From Chrysomallon squamiferum (taxonomy: Eukaryota; Animalia; Mollusca), in assembly GCA_012295275.1 (NCBI GenBank), contig CM022679.1, forward strand, positions 11,966,001 to 12,030,000: DNA of 64,000 bases, in the 5' to 3' direction. A program made the translations under genes and the position numbers. A model generated the notes under the pieces. That model saw nothing but the letters and a program-made list of their open reading frames with translations. It had not been told where the DNA came from and made no database searches. Below are positions 1 to 10,920 of the stretch, piece after piece (position 1 is the first letter of the stretch; each line of letters starts with the position of its first letter).

Positions 1-1339
1 CATCAAGTGACTTTTTTCAAAAGGTTTCTGACAAATAAATTTTTTACAAAATCGTAAAATAATATGTGTATGTAAAGGAAGGATGTAAATGTTTATCCAG
101 AATACAGTACCAGTTTATTTTTCCATGTATTTATTACCAAAATTACTGATTATTTTTAATGGCAGTAAGTGCTGATAATACAAATCACCTTCGGCAATAC
201 TAGACTCTTATCAAGACGGTTACGACAGTGTTACACGTCCAAAACACCCAGAGCTGTTTTGTTATCTCTGGAAGGTTAATAAACTATCACGTTCGTTAAC
301 TTACTAATGGGTCGTTTGCTTTATTTCTTAATTTACTACCAAGAATGTTTTTTTTTTCAGTTGTAACAAAGAAAAAAAAAAAAAAAAAAAAAAATGAGTA
401 AAGTTTATAGTATTCGTCTCTGTTAGATAACTTCCAACGGAGACACAAAATGTCAACAGATTCGTTATAAATATCTGTCTGTCTCTGTGCTTCACTTTAT
501 CAAAGGCTGCTTTCTTGACTGTTGTCTGCTAGTCTGCCTGTCTGTATGTCTGTTACACAGACCCGTACACATAAAAACGTCAGTAACGTAACAACATTAT
601 ATAGTTAGTTTTGATATTGTGTTATATACTAGGAAACAACCAAACAAAAACATTCATCTATGTGTTTTGAAAAATGGATATATATTTTGTGAAAATAAAT
701 AAACCTGTCAATTTTTTTTTTAAAATAGTCTTTTTAGGTGATATATTTTATATTTATTATTATATACACTATCAAACGGCGAAAGTCTATTCATATCTCC
801 TCACGACGAAGATTAAACTAAACATGACTACATTAAATATATGATTCAGTGAATCTGAATTTCAAAACATTTTTAAATCCGGTTCTAGCTAATAACACAC
901 TGAGGCGCTTTGTTAGTTTGTACCATATCAAAACTATTTTCCTTCCTCTTTGTAGAAAATATTTACAAGTGCATATTATTTTAATCTAACTGTACTGTCA
1001 CGATTTGTTCTTGAATGACAGGATGGAATTTTGATTTCAATGAGCAAGGGTATACATTTTGTAAGAAGGTAATTATGGTTGCTAGTATGACGGAAATTGG
1101 ACGTGAATAAAGTAAACTTTGAAATGCTTTTTTTTTTTTTTTTTTTCAAAATGAAAAGTAATAATAATAATATATAAATAAATAAAAAATAAAATAAAAT
1201 AAAAGTAATAAAAAAACAAATAAAATAAAATAAGAATCAACGGATGAACAAATATCAGCATATCTAATACAAATAAAGACACGTAATTAAATTTAAAAAT
1301 GAAACACACACACACATACACAAACACTCACGCACTATT

Positions 1340-1344
<5 letters not shown>

Positions 1345-1379
<35 letters not shown>
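1345..1379. repeat. (GA)n microsatellite
   Basis: Pure GA run. Confidence 0.95.
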
Positions 1380-1381
<2 letters not shown>

Positions 1382-1897
1382 AACCTAAAACAAAACAAAT
1401 AAGAATGAACGTTCAACCAATGAAAACGGACGCTATTTTATGCAATAATATTAATGCAATTATAACAGCAACAGTAAAATTTAAATAACAGTAATTAAAC
1501 AATAATAACAAAAACAACAAATAATACAATGCATATGACAACCGTGGTATTTGGCTAAAGTTTTAAAATTAAAAAAAGAATTAAAAAACAGCAAAAGATA
1601 ACAAACAAACAAACAAATAAATAAATAAAATAGAATTAAAGAAGTAATAAATAAAATATTTAAAAAACTCTTGTAAGCCTAGGGTTATAAATATAAAAAA
1701 CAAAATTAAAACGACAAAAAACAAACCTCAAGAAATATCTGTTCGTGTGTAAACGCTTAATTTTTTTTTTTTATCATCATAAATGTTTATCAAAATCATA
1801 CCAGTCAAAAAGTTATACAAAAAAAAGTATTTATAATATTCCGGAGCGCCGGGTGGTTAAACGGATGGTTGCGCCGCACCCAGGAAAATTACTCAGA

Positions 1898-1931
1898 TAT
1901 AAGGGAGGAGTATTGATGGGGAGGTTTATTC
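1898..1931 (+). promoter_or_regulatory. Putative core promoter of the chitinase gene (TATA box + Inr-like element)
   Basis: TATAAG at 1898-1903 follows a GC-rich patch (~1841-1884). An Inr-like TTATTC has its A at 1928, exactly 30 nt after the first T of the TATA box. A strong donor CAG|GTACGT follows at 1973/1974. Inferred from motif spacing; no transcript evidence. Confidence 0.55.
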
Positions 1932-1973
1932 GCCACAAAATACACCAACCAACCCTGTCTCTGACAGCAACAG
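1928..1973 (+). other. Putative non-coding first exon (5' UTR) of the chitinase gene
   Basis: Runs from the inferred TSS to donor CAG|GTACGT. The ATG-containing exon starts at 3211 after TGTTTTTCAG, only 8 nt upstream of the ATG, which implies an upstream UTR exon. Confidence 0.5.
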
Positions 1974-3218
1974 GTACGTTCATTCATTTATTACAGACTG
2001 TTGTTTGTTTTTTAAACAAATATAAACAGAAGAAAAAGAAAAATGTACTTGAATAAGAATCAGACTATATTTGTGGTAATGAAAGTGTACTTTTTTTTTC
2101 ATTTCGTTTTTTCTTTTTAATTACATTAGTTCATTGTGACGTATGTATGAAGTATCCAATTTTATATCTTAGATTTTTGAATGCTGAATCACTTTGTCTG
2201 ATAAATATTTTGTTTGAATTCTTAACGATAATAATTGATCTGCAGTATCTGGATTTTAAAATTAGTTTCATGACATCTCACGATGCATTTAAGTTAAAAC
2301 GTTTTTCTTCGCGTATTCTATAGCATTCTTTTTATTTATCTGTTTTACTGGATTTTATTGGACTGGCAAGAAAATCTCGAGTAGCTAAAGATTTCACTTC
2401 TCCCAGTGCCGCTTGGAATAGTTAACCTATTGAGAGAAGTTTTATTCCCCTTGTAATAACCGTTGGTATTAAAACGTTTTGAAGTGTCGTTAAACAGACA
2501 TTAATTCTTTCATTCTGAAACAATTTGTTTTATTTTATTATAGTAATGGTTACTTTACAACTATATATAGTAGATATATAATACTATATAATACTATATA
2601 ATACTGTAATTATTACGTCACATAAATTTTCTTTCTAATTTTATATACGCATTTTACTGTTATTTAATTTCCTGTGTATGGTTAAATGTGCGAGGCGTTA
2701 TGCTTTTATTTTGCTTTCTCTCATATAAATCGATTTTTTAAATAATTATTTCGGTTGTTGTAATTTACACTAATTCTGGGTTTTTCAGTTCTTCTTTGTA
2801 TGAGGCTATATAATTCTGCTTTTACTAATCTTATCTTAATTCAATTATAATTTTTTTTTTTTTCACAGTCACAGACCTGAAATCATAATTACCTAATAAT
2901 TCAATGTTTTGAGATATATTGCAAACAACCCTGTTTCTATATGTTTTGGATAGAAGAGGGCTGTAGGTTACATTCTATTTTCAGCCAGTACTGTACGACT
3001 GGTTTATCAAATGCAGTGGTATATGCTGTTATATCTTTAAAATTTACCTAGCTTCTTATAATTTTTTTTTTTTTTTTTAAAAGAGTTGTCCAAAGCATAA
3101 TAGTAACGGGTTTTAACTCTTTCATCAGTATGAATTTAACCAAAATGAAATAATAAAAAATGCAATGAATGCATCGTTTAATACAATGTTTCTTCATTCG
3201 TGTTTTTCAGCTGAAACC

Positions 3219-3270
3219 ATGTGGGTAACATACGGATTACTAGTGGTATTTACTTGTCTGTTATGTCAAG
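3219..3270 (+). CDS. Chitinase coding exon 1 (signal peptide MWVTYGLLVVFTCLLCQ)
   Basis: Acceptor TTTTTCAG ends at 3210; ATG in context AACCATG at 3219; hydrophobic stretch; donor AAG|GTAAGA at 3270/3271. Confidence 0.88.
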
Positions 3271-3296
3271 GTAAGAAAGTTATTTTAATACATTTT

Positions 3297-3351
<55 letters not shown>

Positions 3352-3454
3352 ATAATAATCAGTATCAATAACTATATTAAAATTGTTATGCAGACTGTTT
3401 TTATTGTTAAACGGAGGATTATATAATGGTGTATCTGGCTTGTATCTTTCTTAC

Positions 3455-3485
<31 letters not shown>

Positions 3486-4121
3486 TAAACAATATATATA
3501 TATTTTTTTCTTACAGTTCAAAGTGCTTGCAACTATAAAATAGTATGCTACTTTCCAAACTGGTTCCAGTACAAACCAGCCCCCTACAGATACGTCCCTG
3601 CCAATATTGATCCACACCTGTGTACTCACATTTTCTACGCCTTTGTCCAAGTTTCTCCTGATGCCAAAACCATTGTCAAAATAGAACCAAACGACGAAAG
3701 TGAGTTTTATTACATTTATTAATAATTTGCCTAATATCTGTCTATTCAGTTCCTATTATGAAATTATTTAGTTTGGTTTAATTTTATTTTTATTTATTTG
3801 AAATGGCGCTCACTGTTCATTAAACAATACATCTGTTTATAGCAATGTATGCAGAAATAATTGCTCTGAAGAATCAGAATCCAGACCTGAAAGTTCTCCT
3901 GGCAGTAGGAGGCTGGAATCATGGGCCAGAACGCTTCTCCAGAGTTGCAGCCACAGACTCCAGCATCGATCTCTGGGCTGGCAACGTAATCGCCTACTTG
4001 CGACAACATCGTTTCGATGGGCTGGATGTAGACTGGGAGTACCCCGTAGGTCGTGGTTCGCCGGCTTCTGATAAACAGCGATTTACCGTATTCTTACAGG
4101 TAAAAACTAAACAAACAGATA

Positions 4122-4163
<42 letters not shown>

Positions 4164-5245
4164 ACCGGTTTCTATTATTCTGTCTTAAAACCACTGGAAG
4201 GCAGTCAAGTTGAATTATTCAACATTTGAAACAAATATCTGTTTATAATTAAGTAATATACATATAATTCAAATTCCAAAACGTCTGAGTTTTTATTTTT
4301 CATAGACGTTTGGATAGATCAGTTTTTAGGATTGTCCAATAAACAATTAATAAATCTGTTCATTTTTATATAGCGAGTCCGCGCTGCGTTTGATGCAGAG
4401 GCTGTTCGTACCGGAACAACGAGATTGGACCTTGCCATTGCAGTAAGTGCTGGGAAATGGTTCGGAGATCAAAGCTACGAAAGAAGTAAAATCGGCAGGT
4501 ATATGATCTGTTATTTGTATATGATATTATACCTCTACTAGAATACTTTTTAAATAAATTAGTAAATATACAAACAGACACTAACTATATGATTATGATA
4601 ATTACGACAGTGAGAATACTAGCACTGTTTCTTCCATTGACATTGCTCTGTTTACTACTACCGCTCAACTATAGCCATAACTATCACTGCTGCATCACTA
4701 TCACCATCATCACCATGACCACTACTACCACCACCACTACCACATCATCACAACCACCACCACCGTCACCGCTACTCTTCCTCCTACTACTACTACTATA
4801 TATGTTTCTGTTGCTGCTGTTTCGGTTTCATCTCACTCTTTTTGCAATTAACCTATCATTGCTGTTGTTATTGCTACTTACTATTACTATTACCACTACT
4901 ACTACAATAATAACAACAATAAAATAATATTACGATTATTATTATTTTTATTACTACTTCTATACCACTACTAAACTACTTACTATTATGACTTACATTA
5001 CTATCGTTTCTGTCTGTAGCTGCTGCTCCTAATTTTACTATGATTTCACAACAACAACAATAACAACAAAAGTAACAGCAACTATTATTACTACTATAAT
5101 TATAGTTTTTAATAATTTTTGAGAAACACTGTCGTATTTATAATGCAACATATTTTATTACGGGTAAAAATTAATATCCTTTTTTTCTCTGTTACTATAT
5201 GGTTTTATTTTAACGTTTTGTCTCGACTTGAAAAATAACTGCATG

Positions 5246-5294
<49 letters not shown>

Positions 5295-6357
5295 AAGAAA
5301 CCATCAAAACCTGTTTGTTATTAATCTCTAAGTTCATTTTGATAACAATCAAATTTACACTTTCACAAAAATGCTTGAATCTTTGAAGAGAAAAATAAAT
5401 AAATAAGAAGAAGAATAAAAAAGTCTCGTCTTTAAATGGCATGAGCCACGGAGAATAAACGAGAAATATTCAACGGTACCTTCAGTTACGAGTGCTCTAA
5501 CATCCGAGTTATCCGCGTTACGAACAGCCGCCCGGTCGATTTTTTGCTATCAGTTGCAAGTCAAAATCCGAGTTACGAGCTAGTTGGCGCAACGAACAGC
5601 ACAACATCCGCCCAGCATCCTGCGTCTCACTCGTTTGCTTCACATGGTTACCTCGCCGTGGAAACATCTCTGTTGTGTTATGCTCGCGATGGATCCTAAG
5701 AGAGTGAGTGCAAAGGACAATGCTGAAAAGAAGAAGCGGATGATGTCAATTGAATTAAAGCATGAAATCATAGAAAAACATGAGCGAGGTGTGCGTGTTG
5801 TCAACATGGCTAGGCATGTGTAGTAATTTTACGATATGTACCATACTGAAGCAGAAGGAGTCGATAAAGGCTATAACTCTAGTCAAAGGCGTTAAAATAA
5901 TTTCTAAGCGGCGGACCTCTGTCCATGAAAAGGTGGAGAAACCCTAACCCTGTACACTTTACAAAACCAATTTATCGGTTTACATTCTCTTTAATTTTGT
6001 TTTTATACAATATTTGTTATTTATACATACATTTATCTTATTTAAAAACACTTTACAAAACATTTTGGGGGGCTGGAACGGATTACTGGTATTTCAATTA
6101 ATTTCATTTGGGAAAATTGATTTGATATACGAATTAAACTTGTAAGTCAGGGTACTGTATATATAAAAATATTTTATTAAAACCAGACAGAAAACTCAAC
6201 AAGGGGTTTTAAATCTTCACGCTTGACTTATTTCTAATCACTTGTCATTAGGTACTTATTTTTATGCTCTGGTGCATAAATAATAAAACCACCATCACTG
6301 ACAACTCCAATAACAATTCTAATGATGAAGAAACTGACTGTAACAGGCTACTTATTA

Positions 6358-6412
<55 letters not shown>

Positions 6413-8936
6413 TATTGAATTCCAGAAATGAGTTTAGTTATGTTTATATATTTATATTTTTCTGTTCAAAGATACGTTGACTTGGTTAACGTTATGACAT
6501 ACGATTTCCATGGTACGTGGGAAAGAACTGCCGGTCATCAAAGCCAATTATACAGTTCTAAATACGACAAAGGAGCCAACGTCCAGCTGAACGCGGTAAT
6601 TAAAATAAATAATATTCACCTCAGTTACCATGGAGGATTAATGTATTTATACACGATATGTGGAATTTCTAATCTCGTAGGTTTATCAATCTCCTAAACA
6701 GAAAAAAAAAAAAAAAAAAAAAAAAATACACGGATGAGTTAACAGATTTTTGCAAAACGAAGGTAGTCAGGACGTGGTAGACAGATGATAATAAAATTTA
6801 ATAGTAAACGATGCCGGGCAACCGCATTCAAAAAGCCATGGATACGGTTTATATATGCATTTACAACCTTAACTGATGATCAGTAAGAGTTTATGTGGAA
6901 TTTGCTATGAGATAAAAGTCGTAAGTTTCGCACCTAATTAACGTCAGTATTAAAATGTTTCGATATAACCGTATTCATTTATTCATTTCTTAATTATTTT
7001 TATTTCACAGGAATTTGCAATTGACTATTACATCTCTGGTGGCGTTCCCAAAGAGAAACTGATTTTGGGTATGGCAAGTTATGGACGGACATTCACCCTG
7101 ACAGATCCGACAAAGACCACACCAGGCTCACCCGCAAGTGGGGGTGGTTACCGTGGTGACTACACTCATGAAACCGGAATTTTAAGCTACTTCGAAGTAC
7201 GCAAATATTTATATATCAGCTAACTAACTGAATAACTGATTTCTTCATTTTTATGAGGGTTTTTTTTTTTTATTGTGTTCATTCTTCTTTCAGTTATTCA
7301 GTAATTTGATCTTTAATTTTTATTTGTTTCGTTCTTTATTTAAATATTATTTTGATAAAGTTCTTTATACAAAATTATCACATATTCAACAGTATTCTGT
7401 TTTCCATTTATTTATATCGACGGACATTTGTGTTTTGTTTTTTATTTTTTATTAGATATGTAATGTGCTTGAGATGAACGGGTGGACGAAAGTTCTGATG
7501 AGCAAGGCTAAAGTACCCTATGCTTACGGCCCAAGAAATGGCAAAACGGAATGGATTGGATATGATGATGAAGCAAGTTTCGTGCGTAAGGTAAGATATA
7601 CATTATTTAAAATACAGTCATAATTCTAAGTGAACTAGTTATAACAATAACATGGGAAAGCATTTTATAACAGTTACTCAAATACTTGAACTAACACCCT
7701 CTTGGACGCATCCCAACCAATAAACACGGATGCACGCCAAACACACCCACCCACCCACCCACCCACCCACACACACACACACACACACTCTGAAAGAAAT
7801 ATATAGGATTTTTGGTTGGAAGGAGAAACCGAATAAAACCGAAAATTTAACTACACACGTATAACACTTTCAAGTGCAATTATCATTCCACCTACCATGC
7901 GTAACTGTAGATTAAACATATTTTGAATACATTATTATACCAAATATTTTTAATCAATATATCCATATATATTTAGCAATTCATCAGTGTGCAATATAAA
8001 AATACACTGGGCGTTCTATGTCTTATTTTAACTGGATATCTGAACCTTTGTTTTCAAACAGATGAAATATCTTCAAAGCAAGGGGCTCGGTGGAGCTATG
8101 GTTTGGAACTTGGCTCTAGATGATTTTAATGGTAAATCTTGCGGTTCTGGCAATTCTCCGTTAATCAGAATAATCAAAAATCAGTTGTGCCCAAATAATT
8201 CAACGTCTGCTAGTCCTACAGCATCTACAAATTCTGTAACTACAGCATCTACAACTCCTGTAACTACAGCATCTACAACTCCTGTAACAACAGCTGACAG
8301 TACGAGTTCGACTTCATTACCAGTAACGGTTACAACGACTACAGCTACAGAAACAACAAAAGTCCAGACAACGAAAACACCAACACCTCAGACTATATCA
8401 GGTAATTAAATCTGAATTTGTGACAGATTTGTTAATGTTAATAATCACTGTATTTTAGCTGCTGTGTTATGTTATCCTATATTATACTATTTTATTTTAT
8501 TTTATCTTGTTATGTTTTGAGTGTGTGTGTGTCTGTGTATTTGAGTGTGTTTGTGTGTGCGTATGTGCGTATGTCTGCATGTATGTTTTTTCTCCATCTA
8601 TTCATGCAATTATAGGATATGTGTTTAAGTGTACTTCTGTGCTTGCACTTTTATATACTTTTGCATATGTTCATTTAGATTTGTTAACATAAAGTAATAT
8701 TTATTTTCACTTTCACAGTTTCTAATATTGAAGTCTCTTGCAAGCGAGGAGAGTGGCCTGGAGAATGGCTAGCAGATCCCACTGACTGTTCGAAGTTTTA
8801 CCGTTGTGTTACGTATACCAGTGCTCTAAGAATCATGTATAGTTTCAACTGTCCACATCCACAGTTCCTGGGTTTTGACATGAAAAAGAATTTGTGCAAC
8901 TGGAAATCCTTGGTTCCCGCTTGTGCAGCAAAATAA
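3219..8936 (+). CDS. GH18 chitinase (chitotriosidase/AMCase-like architecture): signal peptide + GH18 catalytic domain + Ser/Thr linker + CBM14; spliced CDS join(3219..3270,3517..3699,3843..4099,4374..4498,6472..6595,7011..7196,7456..7590,8062..8401,8719..8936), 1620 nt, 539 aa
   Basis: All 8 introns are GT-AG, and phases 1,1,0,2,0,0,0,1 join into one open frame. GH18 motifs: KIVCYFPNW, IDPHLCTHIFYAF, LKVLLAVGGW, FDGLDVDWEYP (DxxDxDxE intact), VMTYDFHGTW, KLILGMASYGR, VPYAY, WIGYDD, GLGGAMVW. Six-Cys chitin-binding domain at the C-terminus. Confidence 0.95.
3299..3348. repeat. (CT)n microsatellite in a chitinase intron
   Basis: Pure CT run. Confidence 0.95.
3517..3699 (+). CDS. Chitinase coding exon 2 (VQSACNYKIVCYFPNWFQYK...IDPHLCTHIFYAF...IEPNDE)
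   Basis: Acceptor TTTCTTACAG, donor GTGAGT; N-terminal GH18 motifs; not shown in the ORF track. Confidence 0.93.
3843..4099 (+). CDS. Chitinase coding exon 3 (catalytic exon: KVLLAVGGW, FDGLDVDWEYP)
   Basis: Acceptor TTTATAG, donor CAG|GTAAAA; overlaps ORF 3845..4213; catalytic motif at 4013-4045. Confidence 0.96.
4374..4498 (+). CDS. Chitinase coding exon 4 (RVRAAFDAEAVRTGTTRLDLAIAVSAGKWFGDQSYERSKIG)
   Basis: Acceptor TTTTATATAG, donor CAG|GTATAT; matches the GH18 segment F..EA..TG..RL.L..AVSAG. Confidence 0.92.
4580..5100. repeat. Compound trinucleotide low-complexity region (ACT/ACC/CAT/CAA)n
   Basis: Interleaved degenerate triplet runs; these explain spurious ORF 4589..4927. Confidence 0.8.
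5471..6157 (+). mobile_element. Decayed, internally deleted Tigger/pogo-like (Tc1/mariner superfamily) DNA transposon in a chitinase intron
   Basis: Imperfect inverted termini: left CAACGGTACCTTCAGTTACGAGT versus reverse complement of the right end CAGTACCCTGACTTACAAGT, with TA after the right end. Internal transposase N-terminus MDPKRVSAKDNAEKKKRMMSIELKHEIIEKHERGVRV... resembles TIGD1/CENP-B-type HTH. Confidence 0.85.
5689..5941 (+). pseudogene. Tigger-type transposase N-terminal HTH remnant (stop + frameshift, truncated)
   Basis: ATG at 5689 and stop at 5821. Similarity resumes in a different frame at 5831: TICTILKQKESIKAITLVKGVKIISKRRTSVHEKVEK. No DDE catalytic domain follows. Confidence 0.85.
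6358..6411. repeat. (AAT)n microsatellite
   Basis: Pure AAT run. Confidence 0.95.
6472..6595 (+). CDS. Chitinase coding exon 5 (YVDLVNVMTYDFHGTWERTAGHQSQLY...LNA)
   Basis: Acceptor TTCAAAG, donor GTAATT; MTYDFHG motif; lies within ORF 6428..6697. Confidence 0.94.
7011..7196 (+). CDS. Chitinase coding exon 6 (EFAIDYYISGGVPKEKLILGMASYGRTFTL...GILSYFE)
   Basis: Acceptor TTTCACAG, donor GTACGC; start of the chitinase insertion domain; not shown in the ORF track. Confidence 0.94.
7456..7590 (+). CDS. Chitinase coding exon 7 (ICNVLEMNGW...KVPYAYG...EWIGYDDEASFVRK)
   Basis: Acceptor TTTATTAG, donor AAG|GTAAGA; VPYAY and WIGYDD motifs. Confidence 0.94.
8062..8401 (+). CDS. Chitinase coding exon 8 (end of GH18 barrel GLGGAMVWNLALDDF + Ser/Thr/Pro linker)
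   Basis: Acceptor TTTTCAAACAG, donor CAG|GTAATT at 8401/8402; corresponds to ORF 8062..8409. Confidence 0.94.
8217..8295 (+). repeat. 24-bp coding tandem repeat (~3 copies; TASTTPVT) in the chitinase linker
   Basis: TACAGCATCTACAAATTCTGTAAC at 8217, then TACAGCATCTACAACTCCTGTAAC at 8241 and 8265, with a partial fourth copy. Confidence 0.85.
8719..8936 (+). CDS. Chitinase last exon: CBM14/ChtBD2 chitin-binding domain, stop TAA
   Basis: Acceptor TTTCACAG. Translation VSNIEVSCKRGEWPGEWLADPTDCSKFYRCVTYTSALRIMYSFNCPHPQFLGFDMKKNLCNWKSLVPACAAK* has six Cys in peritrophin-A spacing (DPTDCSKFYRC, CP...FD...CNW). Confidence 0.93.
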
Positions 8937-9128
8937 TGCATGTATCTATCTATGCTGTTTGTCTTCATGCGGAATTTAGCATGAAACTTTAAAATGCTTC
9001 ACAAGTATTAGGGTAACCGTAATAATAATAAGAAGAAAAACAACAACAATAATAATAACAACAACAACAAAAAAAACTATGCAACTGTTGTTTTCTTATG
9101 TGTTAATGTATTAAATTAAATGCAATTA

Positions 9129-9134
9129 AATAAA
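9129..9134 (+). terminator. Candidate polyadenylation signal (AATAAA) of the chitinase gene
   Basis: AATAAA ~190 nt after the stop codon, preceded by ATTAAA variants; weak evidence in such AT-rich sequence. Confidence 0.35.
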
Positions 9135-10341
9135 AAAAAAAAAATAATTAATGAAAATCTCTTACCACATATTTATAATGTAGAAAAATTCAGAGATTTG
9201 TTTATAAGCAAGAGTGTCATGGCTTTTTGATACCATCTCAGGCGGGACCGAATTTTCTTATCAACTCATTGTTCCAGCTTATCACTATGTCATTTATGCA
9301 GTACCCAACGTGGAAATAAGTAATCAGTCCATGCCAAACCATTACATTATTTCAGCTCAGAGGTTATGCTCTGCTATGCTGATTTTATAAACTTCCAAAA
9401 TAAACTTAAATAAATAGGCCAGTTTAATCTAGATGAAAATATACGTGCAAATAAGATCTATGGCCTATGTATGTTGATAATATAAAGCCATTATTACATC
9501 TGCCAGCAACCAAGCATCATGTATTTTGAAATTTAATGAATAATATAATATATCATTACCAGACACTGATTAGTAAATATACTAATTAACCAAAACTTCT
9601 TTTTTTTTCAGCAAAATATATTATTTTATAAAATTAACTGTGCAAACAAAAGAAAGATAAATATAAAAAAAATATAACTAGATTTCGTTAATTTAATTTA
9701 AAACTGTGCTGTATGTATAACAGCATTATATATGTATTACTTAACTATATGTATATATAAACTTAGGTTTAACATCACATACTTCATAGGATCAAGGTTA
9801 TAATCAGTGTCTAGTCAACGTGAACCTTACTTTTGTTTTCAGAAAAATGTATCGACTTAACCATTGAGAATGAAGTACTGTTCTCAGAATACCATCAAGA
9901 AAAACAAACAAAGAAACGAAACCAACAACAACAACAACAACAACAATAATAACAAAAAAGAAATTTGAGAAAATATGTTAAATATTAAAACCATTTTATA
10001 TTTCATTTCAGTATTTATATGTAACTATAAATACAAAAGTAACAAACTTTTTAAATTGAACGACAAATTGAATGGGCTGGTTTAATTAGACATGCATATT
10101 TATACACAGTATTATACTATTTCAACTGAACAAACATAAAATTAATATATTATAAATAATTAAAAATTAATTAATTAATTAATATTTAAATAAAAAGAAA
10201 GAAAGAAAGAATGAAAGATAAAGGAAGTCATTTGTCATAAAAATAAAATAAACAATAATAAAAAAAAATTGAAAAAAACATTCAGTACACCAAAATATTA
10301 GCAGCTTAGACTGAATCATTCCGCAATCGGCCTATATAATT

Positions 10342-10395
<54 letters not shown>

Positions 10396-10439
10396 TAAAA
10401 TATAAATAAATAAATAAAAATAAATACACGTCCTTTGAT

Positions 10440-10920
10440 ATACGAGTATTCAAATATGAGGGTGAAAAATACACAGAATCGATTTTGCGAATACCCAACA
10501 TCAAACATAATTCATGAGAGCGTACTGTTCATATCGAGAATTCGAGATTCACATACGCACGCATATGTCTCTATGTCATATACGAACATATGTACAGAAA
10601 ATAAAAATCTGCCATACGTACATTTTTATAAAATTTCATAATTTTTGCGAACTGTCTGTCAGTCAGGTTAAAAAAAAAAAAAATAATATTTTTTCGATGA
10701 TAGTATTTCCAAAACTGAATACATGAAACGAAATTACTATAAAGCATGAGTATACGATACAAAATATTCTATGTATAAATCAAAACAGACTGAGGCTTCA
10801 TGGTGCAAGGAAACGTGACATGAACAATACGTTCTTGTTAATTGTAATGTTTGATGTTGGGTATTCGCAAAATCGATCCATTTCGGTGTTTTTCACTCCC
10901 GTATTTGAATACCTGGTATT
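10440..10920. mobile_element. Non-autonomous element with long terminal inverted repeats (MITE/foldback-like), ~480 bp
   Basis: A perfect 31-bp inverted core, ATCGATTTTGCGAATACCCAACATCAAACAT, lies at 10478-10508 and 10847-10877. Imperfect pairing extends to ~10440-10536 versus ~10815-10920. No credible ORF inside. Confidence 0.7.

Noticed and set aside
170-505. Several GATA sites upstream of the chitinase
   Set aside because: WGATAR is frequent in sequence this AT-rich, and the density is not convincingly above background.
1841-1884. GCCGGGTGGTTAA resembles a tRNA D-arm/A-box
   Set aside because: No T-arm/B-box (GTTCRA) and no cloverleaf; better explained as the GC-rich proximal promoter of the chitinase.
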